From the IMG/VR virus record IMGVR_UViG_3300027621_000003, positions 230,915 to 294,914 of that record: a DNA stretch of 64,000 bases. The stretch is one strand, 5' to 3'. Below the pieces are notes generated by a model that saw only the letters and a program-made list of their open reading frames with translations, made no database searches and had not been told where the DNA came from. Both the position numbers and the translations under genes were made by a program. Below are positions 35,376 through 44,851 of this stretch, piece after piece (position 1 is the stretch's first letter; each line of letters starts with the position of its first letter).

Positions 35376-37679
35376 TTAATTGGTTGGGGTTGGTGTTGGA
35401 GTTTTAGTTACCGTAGGGGTTGGAGTTTTAGTTACCGTAGGGGTTGGAGTTTTAGTTACCGTAGGTGTTGGAGTTTTAGTTACCGTAGGTGTATTAGTTG
35501 GTGTTGGAGTTACTGGATAATTTTCACATGTTGAACAATCTCCATACCAACTATCAACAACACTACTAGTTGCATTTGGTGATACAGTACTTACACCTAT
35601 ATAAGTGTAACAACTTTGAGTTCCATTTATGGTCATATTATATGCGTAGTTAGTTATTAAATCTACATCAACAAATATATTTGATGGTTCCAAATAATAC
35701 ACATCATTAGTATTACATTCTTGGAATTGGTATGTCTGACCAGGACATACAAATACAGTTTCAACTAAAGTATATGTAACATCACCACTAACAGGTAAAC
35801 CACGGTTTGTTGTTGTAGTTGTAGTTATTCCATTAGTTGTTGTAGTTGTTGTATATGAACTAAAACTGATACTTCCACCCACACCAATACATGGGTTGGC
35901 GGTTGTTGTAGTTGTAGTATAGGCACTAAATGTAACATCTATAGATGTTGCTGAACAAGGAATTGTTGTTGTAGTAGTTGTTGATACATCACAATCAAAA
36001 TAAGCCTCAAAATCAAATATGTTACAAGGATTTGTTGTTGATGTTGTTGTAACACAAGTTCCTGAACTAAATAACTCATCACATAAATCAGGACATATTG
36101 ATGAGTTTGGTATTTTACCGTGAAGAATACAAGAACCGTCTAATGCTGAACTTAAACACCACGAAGTTGTGCCAGTACTATAATATATAAAACCAGTATC
36201 ACCTGTATAATAAACTCTTTCATTATGAGTACCAGCAGAATAATAAGTTCCATCATATAATTCTGTTGTTGGAAAATATGTTAAGACACAATATTCTTCG
36301 ACAGGACATAAATTCCAACCTGCCGATGGTGTTAATGATGGTGTAGGTGTCTGTGTTGGTGTAGGTTGGACTGTGGCTGATGGTGCGGGACATTCACCAA
36401 TTAAAGTTACATAAACACCTTCAGGAGCAATTACCGAATTCTCACAAGCACATAATGATACTGTTGTATTAGGAAGTATAAAAAATTCCCTAAATTGACC
36501 ATAACAATCAATGTGGTCAACGTAAACATCAAGCGAGTTACTATTGAACAACAAATATTCTAAACATGTACAATCCAATACAGGACCTGTTGGTGTTGGT
36601 GTAGGCGTAGGACATGTTGGACAATACCCATCTTCACATGAAGATTGTTCTGTAAAAACAACACCAACACCTGAATAATTTTCACCAATTGATTCGTATG
36701 GTATAACTTCGGCACATCCTGTAAAATCAACACTACTTGATATATAAAACGTTTGACCAACTGTTAGTGTTGATGATATTGTATTAAATCTAAAAATATT
36801 AGTAGCATCACAACAATCTCTAAATGTATAGATATTAAATGCGTAATCTGTAGGTGTTACAGATGGTGTATTGGTATTGGTTGGTGTTATTGATGGTGTA
36901 TTTGTATTTGTTGGTGTTATTGATGGTGTAACTGTTGGTGTTTCAGTATTGGTTGGTGTTACCGTAGGTGTAACTGTTGGTGTTTTGGTTAATGTTGATG
37001 TTACCGTAGGTGTAACTGTTGGTGTTTTGGTTAATGTTGGTGTTACCGTAGGTGTAACTGTTGGTGTTTCAGTATTGGTTGGTGTTACCGTAGGTGTAAC
37101 TGTTGGTGTTTGGGTTAATGTTGGAGTTTGTGTTGGAGTTCCCGAATTTGTATTTGTAGGTGTATTTGTGGGTGTTTCTGTATTAGTAGTAGTTGGAGTT
37201 AAAGTAGGTGTTTCTGACTCAGTAGGAGTTGGAGTTAAAGTAGGTGTTGCAGTATTTGTAGGCGTTACTGTTGGCGTAGGTGTTTTTGACTCAGTAGGAG
37301 TTGGAGTTAAAGTAGGTGTTTCTGTATTAGTGGGTGTTGGTGTCGGTGTGTTTAATATTGGTGTTTCTGTATTAGTAGGCGTTACTGTTGGTGTTTCTGT
37401 ATTAGTAGGCGTTACTGTTGGTGTTTCTGTATTAGTAGGTGTAGGTGTTGGTGTGATTGACCCTAAACATTCTATACATCCAGCGTATGGACTTGATACT
37501 GTTGCAATCTCATCTACTATTGGTAAACTACCAATTCCGGTAGATGTATAACAACCTGATGGCGTACTTCCAGTAAACGTTAAAAAATACGCAAATGGTG
37601 GAGGTGACAGTGGAGTACCACTGTATTCAACATCATACGTTATTAATGTATCACATGATGTAATTAATATTGCTGCCAT
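35376..37679 (-). CDS. Mucin-like Thr-Pro-rich virion protein with Cys-rich modules
   Basis: About 200-aa TPTxTPT tract, poly-Thr runs, three Cys modules, C-terminal (TPTVTKTP)n. Confidence 0.75.
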   Translation of the reverse strand: MAAILITSCDTLITYDVEYSGTPLSPPPFAYFLTFTGSTPSGCYTSTGIGSLPIVDEIATVSSPYAGCIECLGSITPTPTPTNTETPTVTPTNTETPTVTPTNTETPILNTPTPTPTNTETPTLTPTPTESKTPTPTVTPTNTATPTLTPTPTESETPTLTPTTTNTETPTNTPTNTNSGTPTQTPTLTQTPTVTPTVTPTNTETPTVTPTVTPTLTKTPTVTPTVTSTLTKTPTVTPTVTPTNTETPTVTPSITPTNTNTPSITPTNTNTPSVTPTDYAFNIYTFRDCCDATNIFRFNTISSTLTVGQTFYISSSVDFTGCAEVIPYESIGENYSGVGVVFTEQSSCEDGYCPTCPTPTPTPTGPVLDCTCLEYLLFNSNSLDVYVDHIDCYGQFREFFILPNTTVSLCACENSVIAPEGVYVTLIGECPAPSATVQPTPTQTPTPSLTPSAGWNLCPVEEYCVLTYFPTTELYDGTYYSAGTHNERVYYTGDTGFIYYSTGTTSWCLSSALDGSCILHGKIPNSSICPDLCDELFSSGTCVTTTSTTNPCNIFDFEAYFDCDVSTTTTTTIPCSATSIDVTFSAYTTTTTTANPCIGVGGSISFSSYTTTTTTNGITTTTTTNRGLPVSGDVTYTLVETVFVCPGQTYQFQECNTNDVYYLEPSNIFVDVDLITNYAYNMTINGTQSCYTYIGVSTVSPNATSSVVDSWYGDCSTCENYPVTPTPTNTPTVTKTPTPTVTKTPTPTVTKTPTPTVTKTPTPTPTN
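35395..35490 (-). repeat. Four tandem 24-nt coding repeats (TPTVTKTP)
   Basis: Unit GTTGGAGTTTTAGTTACCGTAGG[G/T] on the plus strand, no spacers. Confidence 0.85.
36850..37450 (-). repeat. Thr-Pro low-complexity coding repeat
   Basis: [13 protein letters not shown]-type units. Confidence 0.9.
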
Positions 37680-37686
37680 ACTATAC

Positions 37687-37694
37687 TATAAATA
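37687..37694 (-). promoter_or_regulatory. Putative late promoter motif TATTTATA
   Basis: 7 nt upstream of ATG 37679. Confidence 0.6.
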
Positions 37695-37704
37695 ACAGAT
37701 AATT

Positions 37705-38685
37705 CTATTTTTGAATTATTTTTTTCATTTCATTTATGTATTTGTAAGTTGTTGACTGTTTATCAACATAATCAAAATACTCAATATCTTTTTCCAAAAG
37801 TTTAATCGGATTATTATTAATATAATCACCCTTAAAAAATAGTGTATTTTTAAGGTTGTCAGTTACGCCAGCCATGTGTAATATTGGGTTAGTATAACAA
37901 GTATCAATCTTGTCAGTTGCCCAACAAAAATCAAGTTCTTTTGTAATCCTTGTTTCCCTATTCCACCACCACATATTCCATAATACTGACCACATCTCTG
38001 CGGTCCAAAATTGTATTTCACCTGGTGATATTGGATACTTTCGTTGGAATCTCATCAGTTTGTCATAAAGTCCTGTGGATTCTCTAAATATTTTATACCA
38101 CATCTGCCAATCTTGTTTTTTAAAGACATATTGTGCTCCACCTGAGTTTAATTCATTCTTCTTAACAATACTTGGTTCAACACCAACAATGTCACACATC
38201 TCTCTTAATAGTTGTCCTGAATCTAGTTGGGGATGTTTTTCTTTATACCTACCATCACAATCCATAATGTAATTGAAATCTATATATCCACGAGTATTGG
38301 ACATATAGATATAATCATCATTTATAAGATTGCTGAAATCAGGAAGGTAATTAAATACAATGTCAGAGTCATGTAGAAAAAATAACTCTCCTCTTTTTGG
38401 GTCTTCTTTAATCCATTCATATAATAAATAAGGTTTAATACTTGGTATGTAATGTTTTCTTTCACGGTTGTCTATATACCCATGAATATTTTCTGTATAT
38501 TTTTTTAAATATTTTGCACCATCAGATAACTCGGTTGTTTTATTAACCATTGCAAATAAAACGTGAATATTCTCTTTTGGAATACCCAATTCAATAAAAT
38601 TATTTAAATATACTTCACACTGCCAATGAAAATACGGTACATCTGGTTGTGCCGAAACAAATATAAGTTTATCTTTCCAAGTCAT
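37705..38685 (-). CDS. GT-A glycosyltransferase resembling plant HPAT (GT95) / peptidyl-serine galactosyltransferase (GT96)
   Basis: YFHWQ, YIPSIKPYLLYEW, HDSD (DxD), SGG and WTAEMW occur in the order of the SGT1/HPAT motifs as recalled (YFDWQ, YPAINKP..W, LDAD, GG, WISEMY). Confidence 0.65.
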   Translation of the reverse strand: MTWKDKLIFVSAQPDVPYFHWQCEVYLNNFIELGIPKENIHVLFAMVNKTTELSDGAKYLKKYTENIHGYIDNRERKHYIPSIKPYLLYEWIKEDPKRGELFFLHDSDIVFNYLPDFSNLINDDYIYMSNTRGYIDFNYIMDCDGRYKEKHPQLDSGQLLREMCDIVGVEPSIVKKNELNSGGAQYVFKKQDWQMWYKIFRESTGLYDKLMRFQRKYPISPGEIQFWTAEMWSVLWNMWWWNRETRITKELDFCWATDKIDTCYTNPILHMAGVTDNLKNTLFFKGDYINNNPIKLLEKDIEYFDYVDKQSTTYKYINEMKKIIQK

Positions 38686-38712
38686 TTTTGTAATTATAGT
38701 AAAGTTTGGAGA

Positions 38713-38720
38713 TATTTATA
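38713..38720 (+). promoter_or_regulatory. Putative late promoter motif TATTTATA
   Basis: 5 nt upstream of ATG 38726. Confidence 0.55.
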
Positions 38721-38725
38721 TAGTG

Positions 38726-38899
38726 ATGAAACTCATTAAAACAATACAAAATTTAGTTGAAGAAGCTGAAAAAGAATATAATAAAGTTCTTGAAAGCACA
38801 ACTAATATGAAAGAAATTGAAAGAGCCGAAAAGAATTATTTTGACTCACTTAAGGTATTGGAAAAATTCAATAGACTTAACGGTTACAAACGTAACTAA
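38726..38899 (+). CDS. Small helical late protein
   Basis: Hand-translated 57 aa: MKLIKTIQNLVEEAEKEYNKVLESTTNMKEIERAEKNYFDSLKVLEKFNRLNGYKRN. Confidence 0.65.
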   Translation: MKLIKTIQNLVEEAEKEYNKVLESTTNMKEIERAEKNYFDSLKVLEKFNRLNGYKRN

Positions 38900-38901
38900 T
38901 C

Positions 38902-39291
38902 TTAAATAACATTTGTATGATTTCTTCCATCGTTCCAATAACTAACATCACCATACCATGTGAATATCTCATCACCTTTCTTTATTTCTCGATGGGAAAT
39001 AAATTGAAATGTTTTGTTTTCAAGGTTTGATATCCAATACGCATTTGCATTTTCGTGATGATTATAAATCCCACCATAACCTAAAGGAAGTACTTGCTCT
39101 TTCCATTCACCACCTTGTGGCCAATTAAATCTATAATCAATTAATAAAGAAGTTACTTCTCCTTTTTCTATTGGTAAAGTTAAGACAGGACATTCTTCAA
39201 ACACTTCGCCTTCCATAATATCTTCTTTTGCAAAGACCCCCCATCCATGAACGGGACTTTTATCAACATATATTTTTGGATTGTATATCAT
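38902..39291 (-). CDS. SET-domain protein (lysine methyltransferase)
   Basis: SPVHGWGVFA, GxGGIYNHHENAN, EIKKGDEIFTWYG. Confidence 0.9.
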   Translation of the reverse strand: MIYNPKIYVDKSPVHGWGVFAKEDIMEGEVFEECPVLTLPIEKGEVTSLLIDYRFNWPQGGEWKEQVLPLGYGGIYNHHENANAYWISNLENKTFQFISHREIKKGDEIFTWYGDVSYWNDGRNHTNVI

Positions 39292-39294
39292 AAC

Positions 39295-40137
39295 TTACTT
39301 TATTGCTTCACAAATTCCACCTTCGGAATAAGTTTGATATCCTTTGTTGTGAAACCAAGTATAAATCTCATCTTTCTTATCTTGGGATAGGTTGTAGTCT
39401 TCAAATATAATAAAATTAGGTAATAAAACTTTTGTCTCATCAATACCCATAATTAATTGGGCATCTAACCCTTCAACATCAAGGTGTAACCAATCAATGT
39501 GTCCATCACATTCATTTAAAATTAAATCTGTGATGCTAATTGAATCTCGTTTTGTTGAGTTAATTTCTTCTGTTTCCCAATGTCTAATAACATTTTCAAC
39601 TACGGTATTTGTATATCCCGCACCGCCTTCAAAAAATTCAACTTCACCACCATTAGGTGTGATTAAATTTTGAATGGTTTTAACCATTGAATTGTTCTTG
39701 TAATTATTTTTTAATTGATTGTATTGGTTATCTGATGCCTCCACTAAAACAACATTACATTCACGTTTTTGAACAATTGGTACCCACTCACCAAACTCAC
39801 CATCGTGAGTTCCAACAACCAATCCCTTTGGGAATTTACCATTAGACAAAATACCCTTGTTAAACATCCATAAAGACTTATAGAAATGATTTCCATGTTC
39901 CATAATATCCCACACTTTTTTATAAACTAATTTATCCTTGATGTCGTATATTTCAACATCATACATTTCGGTATTTGGGAATGTCGCAAACCAATTGTCA
40001 TTCAAATCGGTTGCCCATTGTTCCTCACCACTTACGTGTTTTTTAATTTTTAATCTTAATGGTAGGTTTTTATTATATTTACTAATCTCATCAACATTAA
40101 CTTTAATACCATCTGAATTGTATGTAACTGTAATCAT
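39295..40137 (-). CDS. N-terminal beta module plus FkbM-like methyltransferase
   Basis: VVGTHDG, VLVEAS, IDWLHLDVEGLD, IIFE. Confidence 0.7.
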   Translation of the reverse strand: MITVTYNSDGIKVNVDEISKYNKNLPLRLKIKKHVSGEEQWATDLNDNWFATFPNTEMYDVEIYDIKDKLVYKKVWDIMEHGNHFYKSLWMFNKGILSNGKFPKGLVVGTHDGEFGEWVPIVQKRECNVVLVEASDNQYNQLKNNYKNNSMVKTIQNLITPNGGEVEFFEGGAGYTNTVVENVIRHWETEEINSTKRDSISITDLILNECDGHIDWLHLDVEGLDAQLIMGIDETKVLLPNFIIFEDYNLSQDKKDEIYTWFHNKGYQTYSEGGICEAIK

Positions 40138-40682
40138 TTCTTATGTTTTTCTATAAAAAAATTTATATCTTGACTCCATAAAATCATGGCTTCTTCTTTA
40201 ATTTTATTTTCTTCCCAATCCCACCAAGCAATATCTAATAGGTCTTTAATTTGCTGTTCTGTGAATCGGTATTTTAAATGTTTTGCTGAATTTCCACCAA
40301 CAACTGAATAAGGCTCAACGTCTTTGGTGACTAATGCACCTGCGGCAACAATTGCCCCGTGTCCAATTTTAACTCCTGACATTATTGTTGAGTTTGCACC
40401 AATCCAAACATCATTTCCAACTGTAATATCACCCTTACAAGATGGGTGTCCCATCTCCATGTGCATACTTGCAATCTCAGGAGTAACAAGTCCCCATAAT
40501 TGGGAACTTGTCGTTATCCAATCAGGTCTATGATTTGCATGTAAGAAGAAGTTACAGTCTCTCCCAATTGAGCAGTACTTTCCGACATGGATTTCATATT
40601 CATCACTCCAAGAAATTATGTTAACATTTCGGTCAAAATAAGTTCCTCTGTCGGCTTTCCATAAATGTATATTTTCTATCAT
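40134..40682 (-). CDS. CatB/Vat-family hexapeptide O-acetyltransferase
   Basis: VGKYCSIG, ITVGNDVWIG, VTKDVEPYSVVGGN, IAWWDW. Confidence 0.9.
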   Translation of the reverse strand: MIENIHLWKADRGTYFDRNVNIISWSDEYEIHVGKYCSIGRDCNFFLHANHRPDWITTSSQLWGLVTPEIASMHMEMGHPSCKGDITVGNDVWIGANSTIMSGVKIGHGAIVAAGALVTKDVEPYSVVGGNSAKHLKYRFTEQQIKDLLDIAWWDWEENKIKEEAMILWSQDINFFIEKHKK

Positions 40683-42559
40683 ATTATCTTTAATAAATTG
40701 TTGTAAATTTTTACTCTACTATTAGTTTTAACTATTTCAATAATATAACTTTTATCGGTTAATTCTATATCTGAAATGTAAAATAACCAATATTGTTGTA
40801 AATTTTGATTTGCTAAAACATTAACAATGTTACCATTTAAATCTTTAATTATAAAGTCAACATGTTCGTCAATATGTTTAGTAGTTAAAAAAGAATTTTT
40901 TTCAAAAAAGACTGAATTGTCTTTATAGTAAACTAAAATTTCTTCACAATCAATAACATGATTATTGTAATCATTTTCAATTCTAACATATTGTTCTTCA
41001 TTTTTTAAATTATGAAAACATACTACATCATTTTGGTGTTTTGGCAGTTTAACAAAATCAGAAATACCTGTCATATGAAATGGATGATTCATATCGGTAA
41101 ACTTACTAATATTAATATTTGAAGATTCCTCAATATCACAAAGATGTATTGAATTAGTTAATTTATACTTAGATAGTATAACATTTGCAGAGTCTTCATC
41201 ATGTAATGTAAAAATACCAGGTCTGCTGTCTCTATATTCATCATACATCTGTAATTGTTCTTGGAAGAACCATTTTGATTTATAATCAAATAACATGACA
41301 TTTGTTTTTCTTCTTGGAAAAACACATATCTCAATTCCTGTTGCGTCGGCTAAAATATCAACAGTACTTGTCCATTCTTCACCATCAATAATATTACATA
41401 AATAAAGTTTATCGTGTGAGTGTTGATTAATTAATGGGTAGTTTTTAAGTTGACTGAAATAACTACTAATATCATCTGAAGCAACTGTCATGTAAACATC
41501 ACTATCAATGAATATGAATTTTTTATTTGGTAAAAAATCAATAACATCTAACATTAATCTTGGTTTACAACTAATAATATTTTCATCTCTACCTCTTGAA
41601 TCTTTTTTACCTGGTTCAATGTCAATTCTTTTGAAAATAAATTGTTCACTAGTTAAAAATTTATTGGGAATATTGTAATCAAAATTGATTGAGTAAATAA
41701 CACATTTTCTATTGGAATATTTATTTATTGAGTCCATTAAAAATGGGATTGTTTGTGAGTAATTTTCAGTAAACCCAAACACCCAATAAAAATCTTCAAT
41801 AAAGTTCTTATTAAAGCTACCAAAAATTTGATTTCCTACTTTTTGAAAAATGGTATAATTCTTTTTTATGAAATGATACAATAATTTTTCTTCTCCATTT
41901 ACCAAAAGTTTACCACCACTCCAACAAACATTATATGTATTTTTTCCTCCGTTATTTGTTTCAGTATTCATTGAATACAATATTTTGGTTTTATAGTTTG
42001 TTGTAACAATTTGAGATAATTCTTGTTCCCCATAACCATATATTTCATCCATTAATAATGTTTCATAATACCTTTCAGTCTTCATTAAATCACAAAACTC
42101 TTTAGTATTTTTCATAATTATTAATGGTCCACTTAATCTATTGTGAAAAACTTCATCACCAACTGAGATAAAATCGTAATTATCAATACATTCTAATAAT
42201 GTTTTATTAATACCCCCAAATAAAGTATCAATATCATAAATTCCAACATATTTGTATTTCCCAACATAGTCAGAAAACATTTCAAAATACGATAATTTAA
42301 AATCAATTATTTTTTTTGGGTGATGTATTTTATCAATATTTAAATTGGATGTGGAATTAAACCTATTTAAAAACTCGCCTTCAGTAATATAATTCACATA
42401 AAAATTTGAGTGATTTATATATGAAAAATCATATTCTTTATCATCAGTAAAGAAATAAAAATCAGCACAACAAACAGAACCAATTGTTTCAACATGGTAT
42501 TTAAAATAATCAGGTATTTTTCCTAACCAAATCTCGATTAAAGCAATTTGTTTTTCCAA
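40679..42559 (-). CDS. Two-domain glycosyltransferase-like protein (DUF6625-like plus GT-A) with C-terminal beta module
   Basis: WLGKIPDYF...IDFK...YDIDTLFG; second domain KPRLML...FIDSDV. Confidence 0.6.
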   Translation of the reverse strand: MEKQIALIEIWLGKIPDYFKYHVETIGSVCCADFYFFTDDKEYDFSYINHSNFYVNYITEGEFLNRFNSTSNLNIDKIHHPKKIIDFKLSYFEMFSDYVGKYKYVGIYDIDTLFGGINKTLLECIDNYDFISVGDEVFHNRLSGPLIIMKNTKEFCDLMKTERYYETLLMDEIYGYGEQELSQIVTTNYKTKILYSMNTETNNGGKNTYNVCWSGGKLLVNGEEKLLYHFIKKNYTIFQKVGNQIFGSFNKNFIEDFYWVFGFTENYSQTIPFLMDSINKYSNRKCVIYSINFDYNIPNKFLTSEQFIFKRIDIEPGKKDSRGRDENIISCKPRLMLDVIDFLPNKKFIFIDSDVYMTVASDDISSYFSQLKNYPLINQHSHDKLYLCNIIDGEEWTSTVDILADATGIEICVFPRRKTNVMLFDYKSKWFFQEQLQMYDEYRDSRPGIFTLHDEDSANVILSKYKLTNSIHLCDIEESSNINISKFTDMNHPFHMTGISDFVKLPKHQNDVVCFHNLKNEEQYVRIENDYNNHVIDCEEILVYYKDNSVFFEKNSFLTTKHIDEHVDFIIKDLNGNIVNVLANQNLQQYWLFYISDIELTDKSYIIEIVKTNSRVKIYNNLLKII

Positions 42560-43446
42560 AATTCTATAAAATTATCTATTGTAAGTTTATCTTTTTTTTC
42601 TAATTGTAATAAATTGTCTTTAACTAATCCAATCGTTTGTTCAGCCCACTTAACATCATTCATGCCATAAGCAACCCCACACATTTGAATTGGATTTTTA
42701 ATTCGATATTCTATAGGTGTAATATCTTTATTTGGATTTAATATTATTCCTTTAGCTCCACATAATGCGGCGGCAGTTGTATAATAACTTTTATCATCAA
42801 AAGTTAAAACATATTCGTATTTGTTAAATTCATCTAATAAATAATTTATTTCTTTTTTACCATTATAATGAGGTATTTCTGTAGAACCTAAATTATCTAA
42901 AAACTCTAAACCCCAATCAGGAGTATTTTTATGAATAATGTGTCCAAATCCTTTTCTATTTGAATTATGTGTATTGTAAAATTTACCAAAATTATAATCA
43001 AAAACGGTCAATTGGTGTTGTTTGGTTCCTTCAGGCACTTTAAAGGTACCATAATTAAAAATAACATCATCAACATTAAACGTATCCCACTGATTTTGGT
43101 CAAAATCATGTAATAACCATCTTACATTATGATTAGTATTAAATGGATTACCAAATGTTGTTTGTGGAAAAATAGATATTGTATTATTTAAATTAAATCC
43201 AAATCCTTCCCACATAAATTGATTTCTCCACCCATTTTCAAAAGATTCAATAATTTGAGTTGGTATCACTTCAATATTTTCATGTGGATATTTTGGCTCA
43301 TTAAATATATAAACGTAATGACCTCTTGTTGCTATTTCATACGCTAATTTATGTAACGCAAAAGACGCTCCCTTATTTTCCAAACCAATTGAAATCATTG
43401 TATTAACTATAAAAGTTAACTTGCCCTCGCCACACTTTAATTTCAT
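42538..43446 (-). CDS. GT-B-like glycosyltransferase (WavQ-like)
   Basis: GASFALHKLAYEI, IFPQT..GNP, VRWLL, AALCG; start at the ATGA overlap 43446. Confidence 0.55.
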   Translation of the reverse strand: MKLKCGEGKLTFIVNTMISIGLENKGASFALHKLAYEIATRGHYVYIFNEPKYPHENIEVIPTQIIESFENGWRNQFMWEGFGFNLNNTISIFPQTTFGNPFNTNHNVRWLLHDFDQNQWDTFNVDDVIFNYGTFKVPEGTKQHQLTVFDYNFGKFYNTHNSNRKGFGHIIHKNTPDWGLEFLDNLGSTEIPHYNGKKEINYLLDEFNKYEYVLTFDDKSYYTTAAALCGAKGIILNPNKDITPIEYRIKNPIQMCGVAYGMNDVKWAEQTIGLVKDNLLQLEKKDKLTIDNFIEFWKNKLL

Positions 43447-44030
43447 ATTTTTTCTACAATTACATCCCAATTATTATATTCAAGTATTTTATATTCAAAA
43501 CTTTCAAGTCTTTTAACCGTTTTTTCAACATATTTTGAATTAGTCAATTCATTCGCTTCAAACCATATTTTTTTAGGTAGTGTGTTAGTATTTGAATCCA
43601 AAATATTATTAATAATAACACAATCATGTCCTTCAGTGTCAATCTTTAATAAATCAACACTTTCAACATCATACCTATCAATTAATTTTTCCCATGTTAT
43701 CATTTCACATTCAGTTTGATTTAATAAAAACTCCAAGTTTTTCTCCTTTAATTCACGCTCAGTTGTGATGTGTGGTCGAATAATTGAATTACACCCTCTC
43801 AAATATTCAGATAATTCATATTCGTCAATATCTTCAGGTTTAACCCAAAAAACATTTGTTGTTCCATTTTTGTCACTAATCGCACAATTCACTTTAATTA
43901 CATGACTATTATTTGGTAATCTATTTAGGTAAATTTTTAATGGTTCAATTGATAAGCCAATCTGATTTTCAGTGGTCTGTAATAAAGTATCGAAATCGGA
44001 TGTACCAATTTCTATAAAGTCATATTTCAT
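43443..44030 (-). CDS. FkbM-family methyltransferase
   Basis: FIEIGTSD, IEP, VDLLKIDTEGHD, IWFE. Confidence 0.85.
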   Translation of the reverse strand: MKYDFIEIGTSDFDTLLQTTENQIGLSIEPLKIYLNRLPNNSHVIKVNCAISDKNGTTNVFWVKPEDIDEYELSEYLRGCNSIIRPHITTERELKEKNLEFLLNQTECEMITWEKLIDRYDVESVDLLKIDTEGHDCVIINNILDSNTNTLPKKIWFEANELTNSKYVEKTVKRLESFEYKILEYNNWDVIVEKI

Positions 44031-44052
44031 TTTTAATTATTATTATTTTATG

Positions 44053-44835
44053 TTAATAGTAGGTTAAAATAGTTTTAGATATTTTATCAATAATTTCAAG
44101 ATTATTTAAATAATTGTTTGGTAAATGAAAATCAATATAAGTTTTATCAGATAACAAATCGTAATTAATATCTTTACATTTTTCTTTATTTATTCGTCTT
44201 GGATAGTCCCAAACATTATCAATACCTCTTGTTAATTTAACAATATTAATTTCATTAAGGTTCCTATTTATTTTTTTACCGATATAACATTCGTCCCTAT
44301 GGAACATGGGTATATCATATCCAAAATTAAAATTATAAACTCTTTCACAAAATTCGTTAAAATCACAGTTAATGTCTAAAATTTTAATAAATGTCGAACC
44401 TTTACCTAAAATATAACACATGGGATATCGGTTTAACGCAAACATATTTTGAGTATCTTTTCTGGATAAATCATATGCATCAGATTCATATATCACCAAA
44501 GAATTTTCATCAACATCATTTATTTGTTTAAAAAAATATTCTCTATTAAAAGTCAACATATCAACATCTGACATCATAATATTTTCATCTATAAAATATT
44601 TTGAACCATATAACCTATATAATTGAGATTGGAAACTTGTTGGTATATTAGGTATTGGTTTAATTTTTTTCACAATACCATATTCATCGTGATAAAAATC
44701 TGAATATTCGTCAGTGATATGAAATAATACTGGTGTGATTCCTAAAGTTAATTTACATATTTTAGATGTTAGTTCCCACATTTTTCGATAATCTCCACCA
44801 TTATCACAAGAAAAAATTACTTTATCAATTTTCAT
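44053..44835 (-). CDS. Putative GT-A glycosyltransferase
   Basis: SDVDM DxD motif, YPMCY, IDFH; inside the glycan cluster. Confidence 0.5.
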   Translation of the reverse strand: MKIDKVIFSCDNGGDYRKMWELTSKICKLTLGITPVLFHITDEYSDFYHDEYGIVKKIKPIPNIPTSFQSQLYRLYGSKYFIDENIMMSDVDMLTFNREYFFKQINDVDENSLVIYESDAYDLSRKDTQNMFALNRYPMCYILGKGSTFIKILDINCDFNEFCERVYNFNFGYDIPMFHRDECYIGKKINRNLNEINIVKLTRGIDNVWDYPRRINKEKCKDINYDLLSDKTYIDFHLPNNYLNNLEIIDKISKTILTYY

Positions 44836-44851
44836 ATTAATGTTTAATTAG

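Noticed and set aside
35395-35490. 24-nt direct repeats as a CRISPR array
   Set aside because: They are contiguous with no unique spacers, lie in frame inside a CDS (TPTVTKTP), and no cas genes are present.
36871-37551. 226-aa plus-strand V/G-rich ORF
   Set aside because: Antisense shadow of the Thr-Pro repeat; ACN/CCN codons give a stop-free reverse frame.
43447-43470. MGCNCRKN start as a third MGC micro-motif
   Set aside because: It lies inside the upstream FkbM gene; the ATGA overlap at 43446 is the more plausible start.
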